A stretch of 64,000 nucleotides of DNA, from the IMG/VR virus record IMGVR_UViG_3300011271_000009, positions 2,076-66,075 of that record; one strand, 5' to 3'. This document shows positions 27,611 to 36,210 of this stretch, piece after piece (position 1 is the stretch's first letter; each line of letters begins with the position of its first letter). Origin of the DNA: a virus. The notes beneath the pieces were generated by a model. That model worked only from the letters and a program-made list of their open reading frames with translations. It was not told where the DNA came from and did not search any database. Both the position numbers and the translations under genes were made by a program.

Positions 27611-30291
27611 GGCGTTAGCGGTGGCCCGGCGCAGCCCTCGAATTCAAGCTGACCATTGATGTCGGCTGATGAATTCTGGTTGATATACATCAACCGGTCT
27701 TCATCCAGCAGGATGCGCAATTCGCCGTCATCGGTATGGGTCAGGTTATGCAACGCCTCATGCAGCAAGGTCGATGGGACGATACCCGGCAGAGCGTAGT
27801 CGTTGAAGTACGCATCCGTAGCTGGCGGCACTGCCTGGGTTACAGCAACGATCTGCTCAGTCGGTTTCTTCGGGTTCGGCTTCGCCATTTTGCAGCTCAC
27901 CCACAAGGTCTTCATATAATCTGTGAGTGCTGGAACGAGCTTTGCCTTGGTGGGGCTGTACAGCCCAGCATCAAAGAAGTTGATGACCGACAAAGAGCCA
28001 TTGAACCGCTGCTGTCCAGTTACCGCCTGCGCCAACCCGGCACCTGCCAGGCCGTAGAACTGGGCTCGTTTAGGGTCAGCGAAGTACGCTGCGCAGGTCT
28101 TTGAGGCGAGGGTGTTGCTGTCGATGAGCTTTTTCTGCATATCGTTAAGCTGCTGCAACAGCTTCGGGTCACTATTGGCATCGGTGACAGGCTCCTTCGC
28201 AGGCAGTGTGGTTCCGTTGATTGTGATCGGCTGAAGACAACGCATCTGCAGAGGTGGAATTATTATCGGGGCATTAGCTCCCCATTGCGGTATGCTTTCG
28301 ATGGTTGCCATGACCGGACTGCGGTTGCCTACGGGATTGCCTCCCGGCATGGGCCAGGGGCCGAAGTCAGGCAAGAGAAGTCCAGTCTTCTGCACGCTTT
28401 GATAGGTGCCTGCCGTGCTATACCAGTCACCATCGCCCGGATGCAGCCCCGCCGTCGAACCCCCGGAGTTATAGGCCAGATTTCCGGCTGCGTCGAAGTA
28501 GTCTGTCACTGGGCCGCTGGGTCCACCACTATCGGTCACAGCCACCCAGCCTCTCCATAGGGCGGCGATCAAGGCAAACGTGTGACCGGCAGGCGCTGGC
28601 TGGTTGAAGTTCACCGCACCCGCATTCACGTCGAAGGAAACCACCGCGCTGCTATCCGTGATGAACGCTGTCGTGCCCTCACCTAAGATGAGCGAAGAGG
28701 GCCGGTTGCCGTAGTCCTGCAGCGGAAGCACGAAATCAGCGACCTGCGCACCCGTATTGTCGATGTGGGCCACATGGGCGGCTGTGGGCGGAGTGAGGAT
28801 GTCAGGCACATAGGACAGCAAAGAGCCACCCTGCCCATCTGGTATCACCTCCGCAGGCCGGAATCCCCAAACACCTTGGGGACAAGGCCATTGGGGCAGG
28901 TTGCCTGTCGCCTGCTGCCGCACAGTCGTTGAGGTGGTGCCGTTGGGCAACAGCGTAATCGAGTAGAGACTGTTGGTGTAAGCACAGTTGCCGAGCCCAG
29001 TGTAGACGGTATCTGTAGCTAAGTCATCGTTCGTGGCCACCTCAAAAGCGACAGACCCATCGGGCAGGACCGAAATGGGACCGGCAGTGCTGCCGCCATA
29101 GTATTCGTCAGCCACTGTGCCGGTGAAAGCCACTGAGCGCACATGCGTAACCGGCAGCGGTATGTTGGCCAGCATGGCTCCTGTGGCTATGTCCAGAGCG
29201 ACCAGGAAGCCGTGGGCGCTGAAGTTCGGGCCGTAGACACCATTGATCGTGCCGGGGGCATCAAAGAGGTTCTGGACCGCATAGACGACGCCGGATTGGG
29301 TTGCCATGCCAAACCGGAAGAACCTGCCCACAGGGGCTTGGGGGTTATTCTGCCAGCTCAAGTTGCCCGCACCATCGATGCGGCTCAGGGAAGCGGCCCC
29401 CCAGTCCAGCATAAGCAGGCCCCCATCGCCGTCTGCCAAGACCGAACTGATGGAGCTGGCAGGTAGCGGCGAGGCCATCCGCCATACATCTTGTCCACCC
29501 CCGCCAACGCCGTGCAGAATGGTGTTGCCTGCGCTGTCGGCTTCAACGCCAACGAATGCGACTGATCCCGCACCAGGGGTTAGCCCCGTGACACTCCGCA
29601 GGGTGAAGCCTGGTGTTGGGGGCGTAGACCAGAGCACTGTGCCCGTAGGGGGGGTATGGCCACGACCGTAAGGAATTACAGTGATCGCAGCCGTCGCGCT
29701 GAGTCCAGCAATAGACGCTATCACGTTGGCTGTCCCTACCCCGATCTCAGTGATTTGGGGTGGATCGCTGCTTGGGTCAAGGGTCAGCACAGACGGGTTA
29801 TCGCTGGTCCAGGCCGCCCCTGTGACCGGGTTGGAATTCTGGTCGGTAAGCCCCAGGCTGCCCTGCCCATCGCCAGCCATCATGGTCAGCGTAGCCGGGC
29901 TGAGCTGCAGCGCGGTGATGGGCCGGGTCACAGTCACGGATGTGGCTATCGAGCCGACGATGCTGCTGTCTATAGCTGAAGTCGTGTATGCGGTCACGGT
30001 GTAGCTGCCAATGGCCATAAACGTATGAGTCGCTGGGTTGGTCGTGGCTGTAGTCCCGTCACCGAAGTCGATATAGGAGAAGCTCGGTGGGAGGAGATTG
30101 GCCTCGGTTACAGGCGGGCTCCAGGTCACCGTGACTGTGAGCGGGACATTCCCCGTCGCTGGTGCCGCAGTGACCTGTTGAGGTTGGTTGCACATACCTA
30201 CCATAACTTGGCGAGGAGTGCAGGTTGCGCTGAGCGTTTGCGTCAGCAGTAGATAAGAGCAGAGCAGCAAAGCTGTTGCTAGTCGGTTCAT
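27607..30291 (-). CDS. large secreted protein: signal peptide, PKD, Ig-like, beta-propeller, C-terminal HExxH domain
   Basis: MNRLATALLLCSYLLL; IDFGDGT...HTF PKD motif; LSPATLTM...WTSDNPSV Ig motif; TLLHEALHNL; AAGGAG RBS. Confidence 0.75.
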   Translation of the reverse strand: MNRLATALLLCSYLLLTQTLSATCTPRQVMVGMCNQPQQVTAAPATGNVPLTVTVTWSPPVTEANLLPPSFSYIDFGDGTTATTNPATHTFMAIGSYTVTAYTTSAIDSSIVGSIATSVTVTRPITALQLSPATLTMMAGDGQGSLGLTDQNSNPVTGAAWTSDNPSVLTLDPSSDPPQITEIGVGTANVIASIAGLSATAAITVIPYGRGHTPPTGTVLWSTPPTPGFTLRSVTGLTPGAGSVAFVGVEADSAGNTILHGVGGGGQDVWRMASPLPASSISSVLADGDGGLLMLDWGAASLSRIDGAGNLSWQNNPQAPVGRFFRFGMATQSGVVYAVQNLFDAPGTINGVYGPNFSAHGFLVALDIATGAMLANIPLPVTHVRSVAFTGTVADEYYGGSTAGPISVLPDGSVAFEVATNDDLATDTVYTGLGNCAYTNSLYSITLLPNGTTSTTVRQQATGNLPQWPCPQGVWGFRPAEVIPDGQGGSLLSYVPDILTPPTAAHVAHIDNTGAQVADFVLPLQDYGNRPSSLILGEGTTAFITDSSAVVSFDVNAGAVNFNQPAPAGHTFALIAALWRGWVAVTDSGGPSGPVTDYFDAAGNLAYNSGGSTAGLHPGDGDWYSTAGTYQSVQKTGLLLPDFGPWPMPGGNPVGNRSPVMATIESIPQWGANAPIIIPPLQMRCLQPITINGTTLPAKEPVTDANSDPKLLQQLNDMQKKLIDSNTLASKTCAAYFADPKRAQFYGLAGAGLAQAVTGQQRFNGSLSVINFFDAGLYSPTKAKLVPALTDYMKTLWVSCKMAKPNPKKPTEQIVAVTQAVPPATDAYFNDYALPGIVPSTLLHEALHNLTHTDDGELRILLDEDRLMYINQNSSADINGQLEFEGCAGPPLTP

Positions 30292-30304
30292 TCGGGTACT
30301 CCTT

Positions 30305-30586
30305 TCAAAAGTACGTGTGCTCTTTGGTTGCATCCCCACCCGGCCTGCGTCTTCCCGTTCTGGGATTGCGCATCCAGCCGGATGGTTCTTTGTCCCTTAC
30401 GGGATCAAACTCGAATAGGGCTGCGACCGCCGCCTCATGGGTGTCATATCACCAGCCGTCTTCCACGCGCCACCAGTCGTAGTGGACGATGATCCGCGCC
30501 CGGCCAAAGGTCAGCGCGCACACCTGCATGATTCGGCCATCGGCCAGCAGCCGTCCTGTGTAGAAGCCAGAATGTCCCCGCTTCAT
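30305..30586 (-). CDS. 93-codon ORF with one in-frame UGA (30449..30451): candidate selenoprotein or nonsense-mutated gene
   Basis: ATGA-coupled start; reads ...VEDGW*YDTHEAAVAAL...EPSGWMRNPRTGRRRPGG...; ends just before the next gene's RBS. Confidence 0.6.
30419..30434 (-). promoter_or_regulatory. candidate bacterial SECIS hairpin
   Basis: GGCGGC-GGUC-GCAGCC begins 14 nt after the UGA; apical loop GGUC. Confidence 0.4.
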
Positions 30587-30846
30587 ACCATCCTCACCAC
30601 CCGCAGGTTCTTACTGCCAACTGCGATCACACGTCCGCAGTCATCGCAGCTGCTCTTAGTGGAATCCACCGCTTGATTGCGGTCTGCCCAATCTGGGCAG
30701 ACCAGCACACAGTCATCTGAGGGCAGCCTCCCTACAATGCGGCCCTGCTCCATGATCCCGCCGAAGTGCATTTCCTCGGTGATGGACATCTCCAGTGAGC
30801 AGCCGTAGCAGAGGACTCTCCACTTGGGCTTCATAGCCGTACCCAC
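30583..30846 (-). CDS. Cys-rich hypothetical protein
   Basis: CYGC and CDDC; coupled overlaps. Confidence 0.6.
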   Translation of the reverse strand: MGTAMKPKWRVLCYGCSLEMSITEEMHFGGIMEQGRIVGRLPSDDCVLVCPDWADRNQAVDSTKSSCDDCGRVIAVGSKNLRVVRMV

Positions 30847-31100
30847 TCCTTCTTGTCGTAACGCTTCAGCAGCCGCTCCCCAGCAGCCTTGCTGGGCTCG
30901 CCACAGTCACGGTGCCCGCAGAGGCCATGGTTTGCCAGGATGTGGTTGAGTGCCATAGCTATCTCATCCTCTGTCGGGCCGCGCTCCCAGCCGCTGCGCC
31001 TCATAGCGATATAGCTGCGCAGGAGCCAGTACAGGAGCCGCTGGTTCTCCTGGCGCAGCTCTTGTAGCTCGGCTATTAGCTGCTTGGCTGGCCGCTTCAC
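30831..31100 (-). CDS. hypothetical protein
   Basis: GTGA overlap start; coiled coil LIAELQELRQENQRL. Confidence 0.55.
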   Translation of the reverse strand: MKRPAKQLIAELQELRQENQRLLYWLLRSYIAMRRSGWERGPTEDEIAMALNHILANHGLCGHRDCGEPSKAAGERLLKRYDKKEWVRL

Positions 31101-31546
31101 ACATGTTCCATGCGGAGGTGGGCCATGACCCAGCGCCACTTGTTCCAGTCAGGAGTGCCTACCTCCGGCCTGGCTTGGCAGACTGGACACTCCCGAGGAA
31201 GCGCCCAGTATTTACCTGCGCGTCTTACGTCGAAGAAGCTCTGCCACCCGCTCGGTAAGCTCAGTTGCAGACGCTCCCGTGCCTTCCGCGATGGCCCCAA
31301 TCCAGCCCTCGACGCGTCCCGCAATATAGTAGGCTTGCCGGACGACTGCTTCCTGTGCCTGATGAGTACTGGCCTCAATTGTGCTGCTGATCCCATTGGT
31401 TTGCTCCTTTCCCTTGTTTCCTTGTTGTGCTTGTCTGGCCCGCTTCTGCTGTGCCCAACTAACACCATGCCTCTTGGCACGGTGCTCACCGAGAAGCGAC
31501 TTGACCACAAAGCCCTCGCTGCATTCTGGGCAGTGCCATAAGCCAT
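31097..31546 (-). CDS. possible small C2H2-like zinc-finger protein (start unknown, only the 3' ~120 nt convincing)
   Basis: CPVC...AHLRMEH at the C-terminus; overlaps 31212..31913. Confidence 0.35.
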   Translation of the reverse strand: MAYGTAQNAARALWSSRFSVSTVPRGMVLVGHSRSGPDKHNKETRERSKPMGSAAQLRPVLIRHRKQSSGKPTILRDASRAGLGPSRKARERLQLSLPSGWQSFFDVRRAGKYWALPRECPVCQARPEVGTPDWNKWRWVMAHLRMEHV

Positions 31547-31913
31547 CGGAGCCTCGGTCAGTTACAACCTGCACAGGCCCGACGACTGTGCGTTGTATGG
31601 CTTGCAGATTGGCTTGATTGGCCCATTTGTCCGCCATGTCCTGCTGCCATGGGCTGATCCTGTGAACTTTCTTCCGGTGCGGCACGAGCAGGCCCTTGCG
31701 CTCGAAAGTCTCACCACAGTCTGGACAGTGCCACAAGCCATCTGCACCTCGTTGTGTTGCAGGTTTCACCGGACCAATCAGGTGCGGACGTGGGTTGGCT
31801 GCCGAAGAAACTGTGCTATCGCTGACTCCGTGTACTTTCAGGCGATGGGCATAGATGCTTGTGCGACTGAACGACTGCTTGCATTCGGGGCAAACCACTT
31901 TCTTGCTAGGCAT
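31212..31913 (-). CDS. protein with three C2H2 zinc fingers
   Basis: CPECKQSFSRTSIYAHRLKVH; CPDCGETFERKGLLVPHRKKVH; CPECSEGFVVKSLLGEHRAKRH. Confidence 0.8.
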   Translation of the reverse strand: MPSKKVVCPECKQSFSRTSIYAHRLKVHGVSDSTVSSAANPRPHLIGPVKPATQRGADGLWHCPDCGETFERKGLLVPHRKKVHRISPWQQDMADKWANQANLQAIQRTVVGPVQVVTDRGSDGLWHCPECSEGFVVKSLLGEHRAKRHGVSWAQQKRARQAQQGNKGKEQTNGISSTIEASTHQAQEAVVRQAYYIAGRVEGWIGAIAEGTGASATELTERVAELLRRKTRR

Positions 31914-31933
31914 ACGTCGCTATTTCCTCCGTT

Positions 31934-33118
31934 TTAACGCAGCACTGCTGCGTGATGTGTGTAGCCGTTGGTTTGTGATTCTTTGAGGCTGACTCCCGCA
32001 CTGCGGACAGCTGCGCGGCCTGCCTCAGTGATGGCCCACCAGCATATCTTGCCTTCCTTGCGAACGCGCTCGATGCGGCCTTTCCCACGCTCACTGGCTT
32101 CGTTCGCCACCGCAGCGCCAACCTTCTTCTCGTCTGTGCTGCCCAGGGCCTGTACGACTTCCCGCGTGGTGAAGGTTGCGCCGGGCGGCTGATTGCTCAA
32201 CCAGACCAGGACAGCGTTCAGGCCACTGGCCGAGCCGGCTCTATACTGACGTGGCTTCTTTGCGCCAGTTGCGGAGGTTCGCTTAGGCTGCAAACTGAAA
32301 CCCTTACCCGCCCGCATGAGACTCGCGCCCTTCTGCAGCGGCTCCAGCGCTAATTTTGCGGCGTCTAACATTTCGTGGAGTTGGTCCTTCTCGGCCTTTG
32401 CGGTGTCAGCGGCGGCGATGATTCGGTCCCGTTCTCCGATCTCTTCCTCGATGCGTAGTATTTCGCTTTCCAGTTCCTTCAGGGCGGTCACATGGTCCTC
32501 CAGATGGGGTAGCACAACCCAAAGGCGATAGGCCTCGGGGCCGCATAGGTTGTACACCATATCAGCGAAGCGAATCTCAGCCTCGGTCCAAGCTTTGCGA
32601 CCGGCCCACTTGTCAAGCTGAGAATCGCGTTCTGCTATGGTGGGGTGGGTGGGATGCCAGAGTGGCGGCCAAGAGCGCGTGGGCATGGGCTGTGGTTCTG
32701 GCGGAGTGGTGTAGACGAGAGTCTCGTCTATACGTCGAGTGAAGCTTGAGACGACTCCCTTGAACTGCGGGATCGCTGAGACACCCAATGCGCTGATGAC
32801 TTTCTGCGTCATGGTCTTGGGCGGCGTCTCCAACTGTTCGTAGGTGAGTCCGGGCGAGGCTTTGACGCGTAGTTTGTGTCGCTTTGTGGCGCGGGCGGTA
32901 GGAGTGGATTCATCGGCAGTCTTGCTATGGGTTTGGCCTAGAATGCGGCGCAGCTTGGTCAACCGATTCTTCCAACCCACAACTCTGCCGTGGCCCTTGG
33001 TTGGGGTGAGGAACACATGTCGGTTGGAGAGCTTCCATCGGATGTATCCTCCTCGCTCGGTGTCGGCTGTAGCGCCGTCCTCGTGGAGCAGATGCATACA
33101 GAGTTCTTTTGCGTCCAT
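31934..33118 (-). CDS. multidomain protein: HicA-like N-terminus, coiled coil, C-terminal winged helix
   Basis: ELCMHLLHEDG...RGGYIRWKL...KNRLTKLRR; FTTREVVQAL...WAITEAG. Confidence 0.6.
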   Translation of the reverse strand: MDAKELCMHLLHEDGATADTERGGYIRWKLSNRHVFLTPTKGHGRVVGWKNRLTKLRRILGQTHSKTADESTPTARATKRHKLRVKASPGLTYEQLETPPKTMTQKVISALGVSAIPQFKGVVSSFTRRIDETLVYTTPPEPQPMPTRSWPPLWHPTHPTIAERDSQLDKWAGRKAWTEAEIRFADMVYNLCGPEAYRLWVVLPHLEDHVTALKELESEILRIEEEIGERDRIIAAADTAKAEKDQLHEMLDAAKLALEPLQKGASLMRAGKGFSLQPKRTSATGAKKPRQYRAGSASGLNAVLVWLSNQPPGATFTTREVVQALGSTDEKKVGAAVANEASERGKGRIERVRKEGKICWWAITEAGRAAVRSAGVSLKESQTNGYTHHAAVLR

Positions 33119-33174
33119 GTGGCTGGTATTCTCCTCGTCGCTCGTTCTACCGGGAAGAACCACGGAACGAAGCC

Positions 33175-33204
33175 AAGATATTCATCCTAGCTGCTGCTTG
33201 TCAA
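33175..33204 (-). promoter_or_regulatory. sigma70-like promoter
   Basis: TTGACA-N18-TATCTT in an intergenic gap. Confidence 0.6.
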
Positions 33205-33236
33205 CAGAATTCGTACTTAGTTGCCGGTGACCAGTT

Positions 33237-33509
33237 TCATTTTGGAACTGGGTGGGGGTTGAGGTTAGGGCCACCGTGGAACCAAGGGAGCTGTTCCCAG
33301 GCGGCAACTTGTTCGGGGTTACGGCCCCATGCGTCGATCAGCACATTCTGCTTATGGCAGTTGCTGCAGGTGCCCGAGGTGATGACAGCCCGTAGGGGCT
33401 CCTGCCCCGGATGCTTCCTCGACCATACATTGAGCCGGAAGACTGGCGCGGCGTCAGGCATTATCACGCCCTTGTCACAGTCGTCGCATTCAACGGGCTC
33501 AACGATCAT
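33237..33509 (-). CDS. zinc-ribbon protein
   Basis: CDDC...CSNC; ATGA overlap. Confidence 0.6.
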   Translation of the reverse strand: MIVEPVECDDCDKGVIMPDAAPVFRLNVWSRKHPGQEPLRAVITSGTCSNCHKQNVLIDAWGRNPEQVAAWEQLPWFHGGPNLNPHPVPK

Positions 33510-33574
33510 CGGCGTTTCCCCCGCAGCCAGCCAAGCCAGTACGCGATCCGGCACTTCAGCCCTTGCCAGCTCAT
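33506..33574 (-). CDS. 22-aa micropeptide MSWQGLKCRIAYWLGWLRGKRR
   Basis: ATGA overlaps at both ends. Confidence 0.45.
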   Translation of the reverse strand: MSWQGLKCRIAYWLGWLRGKRR

Positions 33575-33729
33575 CGATGCTCCTTCCGGTCCCGCACAGT
33601 CATCACCCATTGGTGGCGGCAGCTGACGCGACGGGCGATCTCTCTGATGCGGACTCCCTTCGCCAGCAGACGAATAATCTGCTTGGTGCGGGCTGACGTC
33701 CTGCCATGGTTCCAAGCGATACGGATCAT
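33571..33729 (-). CDS. small helix-turn-helix protein (52 aa)
   Basis: manual translation QIIRLLAKGVRIREIARRVSCRHQWVMTV; ATGA overlap. Confidence 0.65.
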   Translation of the reverse strand: MIRIAWNHGRTSARTKQIIRLLAKGVRIREIARRVSCRHQWVMTVRDRKEHR

Positions 33730-34046
33730 TTCGTAGGTGCGGGTTGCGGTGCGCCGCTTTCCTTCTCTTCTCGGAGCACCCGATTAAGGTCCTCCTCGGA
33801 GATGACGTAGACCTTTAGCACGGCGCAGGGATGATTGCTGCTTGCGGATTCTCGGATGCACCCCCGGTTCTCTTCGCAATTTTCTGCGGATGGGTAGACG
33901 ACGTTGCCGCCGTTGGCTTGGCCGAGTTCGCAGTCGTAGTCGGTGCTGTCCATCCAGCCCTCTTTCTTCTTTAGCTGCTCAATTAATGTCTGCATTTCCG
34001 CCTCCCGGAGGCCTGCCACTTTACCATCGAACCAGCCGCTTGTCAC
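33726..34046 (-). CDS. hypothetical protein
   Basis: open frame in the coupled chain. Confidence 0.55.
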   Translation of the reverse strand: MTSGWFDGKVAGLREAEMQTLIEQLKKKEGWMDSTDYDCELGQANGGNVVYPSAENCEENRGCIRESASSNHPCAVLKVYVISEEDLNRVLREEKESGAPQPAPTK

Positions 34047-34086
34047 GCTTCTGCGTTATAGCTGTGGCACGCTGAGCGGCGCTTTT

Positions 34087-34314
34087 TTACTTGGGAGCTT
34101 GGTCCTCCCCACTTAAACCCAGCAGGTCTACAACACGCTCCCGCAGCCGCTTGATCTCCTTCCCACGCTTCAGGATCACCTTGACCAGGCGCTCGATGCG
34201 GGCGCGCTGCTCCAGGATGTAGCGCTCGCGGTTGCGCATGTTGCCCTGCAGCCGCTCTATTTCAGCGTAGGCAGCTTCAGCCAGCTGCATCCATTGCGCG
34301 GGCGTCCTATGCAT
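34087..34314 (-). CDS. coiled-coil hypothetical protein
   Basis: AEIERLQ...RIERL heptads. Confidence 0.55.
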   Translation of the reverse strand: MHRTPAQWMQLAEAAYAEIERLQGNMRNRERYILEQRARIERLVKVILKRGKEIKRLRERVVDLLGLSGEDQAPK

Positions 34315-34483
34315 GGGAGACCAGCTCCAGCGTGCCACCCCTGCGGCAGACCCACCTGCCGAACTCGATGATGGGCTTGCCGATGGCCCAGCGCACGATG
34401 GGTGGTGCGTCTGTGATGATGCCCTTGAGGTCGGTCTCAACCCCTACGCAGAAGTAGCGCGTCTTGGCTTGGTACAGGCTCAT
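34307..34483 (-). CDS. small hypothetical protein (58 aa)
   Basis: manual translation MSLYQAKTRYFCVG...APPIVRWAIGK; ATGA overlap. Confidence 0.55.
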   Translation of the reverse strand: MSLYQAKTRYFCVGVETDLKGIITDAPPIVRWAIGKPIIEFGRWVCRRGGTLELVSHA

Positions 34484-34701
34484 AAGTAGCGATCCTTGAT
34501 GTCCCGCAGCCAGAACAGCTGACGCGGTGACACGGAGGTACGCGAACCGTACTGCTCAACCGCCTCCCGCATCTTCTGCAAGAAGCCGATGTCGTTAGAC
34601 CGCATGATGGCCTCGTCAGCATCCTCCAGCATCTCTACGATCCGCAGCGCCTCGTCCGTCCGATCTTGTGGGCTTGCGCCGGATTCCTGCCAAGTACTCA
34701 T
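34480..34701 (-). CDS. hypothetical protein
   Basis: coupled ORF, SPRQLFWLRDI. Confidence 0.6.
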   Translation of the reverse strand: MSTWQESGASPQDRTDEALRIVEMLEDADEAIMRSNDIGFLQKMREAVEQYGSRTSVSPRQLFWLRDIKDRYL

Positions 34702-34937
34702 GGAATCGGGTCAATGGGCTGGACGCTGGCCTCATCAATGGGCTGCCCGACGTGGGCCTCGTACGCGGCCCTGGCCTTCTGATAGATGCGCAGAATTGCA
34801 GCCGCGATAGCTGCGTCAGCAGCGACCGCGCCGGGACCGAAGAAGCTGGCGACGATAGCTGCGGCCTCTTGCAGGATTTCAAGCAGCAGCGTACCTGCGC
34901 CGCTGCTGGGCTGTGGTGTAACTGTAGTGGCCATCAC
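34698..34937 (-). CDS. small hydrophobic protein
   Basis: amphipathic LLLEILQEAAAIVASFFGPG; coupled to the lipoprotein gene. Confidence 0.6.
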   Translation of the reverse strand: MMATTVTPQPSSGAGTLLLEILQEAAAIVASFFGPGAVAADAAIAAAILRIYQKARAAYEAHVGQPIDEASVQPIDPIP

Positions 34938-35326
34938 TTCACCCCCGATACGCTCTTGAAGGCACTGAGCGCGATTGCCAGGGCATCGAGTGCGTTCTGC
35001 ACCTTGTCCTGAGTTACGGTCGGCGTGCAGCTGGTAGCCAGCACGCAGTCACGCCAGGCTTTCCAGGCGCTCTGTGCCAAGTCGTAGTCGTGGATCGCCG
35101 CATTCAGCGGCTTCTTAGCTGCTGCCGGCAATGTGCCGTCATGCAGCTCCTGCTTGCCTTGGTTGATAGCGCCCTGGGCAGTCTGCAAGGCGTCGTAGGC
35201 AGCGCCATCGAATGGGTTGATCTGGTTGGGGTGGGGAAGTGGTTTCTGGACGAGTCCGCAGCCGCTGGCCATCAGGACGATAAACAGGATGGCCAGCCAG
35301 CCGCGTGGACGACGAATCTGGGGCAT
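34934..35326 (-). CDS. lipoprotein
   Basis: basic N-terminus, hydrophobic core, lipobox ASGC; helical mature part. Confidence 0.72.
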   Translation of the reverse strand: MPQIRRPRGWLAILFIVLMASGCGLVQKPLPHPNQINPFDGAAYDALQTAQGAINQGKQELHDGTLPAAAKKPLNAAIHDYDLAQSAWKAWRDCVLATSCTPTVTQDKVQNALDALAIALSAFKSVSGVK

Positions 35327-35329
35327 TGC

Positions 35330-35761
35330 TCAGCTCCTTAAGGCTGAGACCTCACTCGCAGGGGCAGAAGGCCGGGGCAGGCCATACTTGCCTGCATCAA
35401 CCTTGACGATACGCGGCGTCGGCTTCCTGGATTCGTTCAGCAACGAACTCTCCAGGGAAGGCCGGGTCGTGGCTACGAAGCCCTTCTGCGCTTTCAGGTG
35501 TCTCAGTATATCTGCGACCTTGGCCTCGCCGTGCTGCTGCAGGTAGGGCACAGATGCCTCGATGTATCCTTTGGGCGATGTGTCCTTCTTGGTCTTAGTT
35601 TTCGGCTTGGGCTTGGCTGGGGTCTTGGTTGGTGGTTTACGCTCGGGAACCTGGCCTGTGGCTGACAGTGCGGATTTCAGGTGAGTGATAATCCTGTCGA
35701 TCCGCTCCCGTTCCACTTCGTAGGTTCTGATCGCGCTCACGATCTGTGCATTGCTACTCAT
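35330..35761 (-). CDS. winged-helix (HARE-HTH-like) protein
   Basis: coiled coil, Lys/Pro linker, C-terminal RIVKVDAGKYGL wing. Confidence 0.6.
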   Translation of the reverse strand: MSSNAQIVSAIRTYEVERERIDRIITHLKSALSATGQVPERKPPTKTPAKPKPKTKTKKDTSPKGYIEASVPYLQQHGEAKVADILRHLKAQKGFVATTRPSLESSLLNESRKPTPRIVKVDAGKYGLPRPSAPASEVSALRS

Positions 35762-35836
35762 TGGGTGAAGCCTCCTGCAGCACAGTCTCCCACAGTGTGC
35801 TGGGTTCGTCAACACGAATCTGCGCTAGGCTCAGTA

Positions 35837-36019
35837 TCACGCTTGCCCCCGCTTGGTGATGTGCCACTGACCGCAATACTTACAGTGGTAGGCGTACAGA
35901 CGCCAGAACGGCTTACCCCGCTTCGCTTTCCGCGCTATGTAGGCGCCTGCTGCCAGCAAGGCGTCAACCTCGGTGGGGAAACGCCGCTTGGTCAGGCAGG
36001 ACCTGTCTTCGGGCTTCAT
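35837..36019 (-). CDS. small zinc-binding protein
   Basis: CLTKRRF...YHCKYCGQWHIT. Confidence 0.65.
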   Translation of the reverse strand: MKPEDRSCLTKRRFPTEVDALLAAGAYIARKAKRGKPFWRLYAYHCKYCGQWHITKRGQA

Positions 36020-36210
36020 GGGCGTCTCCGCTTCCAGTTGTGGGCTAACCTCTTAGCCGTGCGCGGGCACATATCGTGCAGGCCGTGGCAGGTGCCGCAG
36101 TTCAGGCAGAGCTGCAGAATGCCCAGGCAGTTGGGGCACAGCCAGGCGGTCGCACGTCGGCTTATATAGGCGATAGTGCGCATCCGCAGATCGCAGGCAG
36201 GGCATCTCAT
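36016..36210 (-). CDS. Cys-rich zinc-finger protein
   Basis: CPAC, CPNC, CLNCGTC. Confidence 0.6.
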   Translation of the reverse strand: MRCPACDLRMRTIAYISRRATAWLCPNCLGILQLCLNCGTCHGLHDMCPRTAKRLAHNWKRRRP

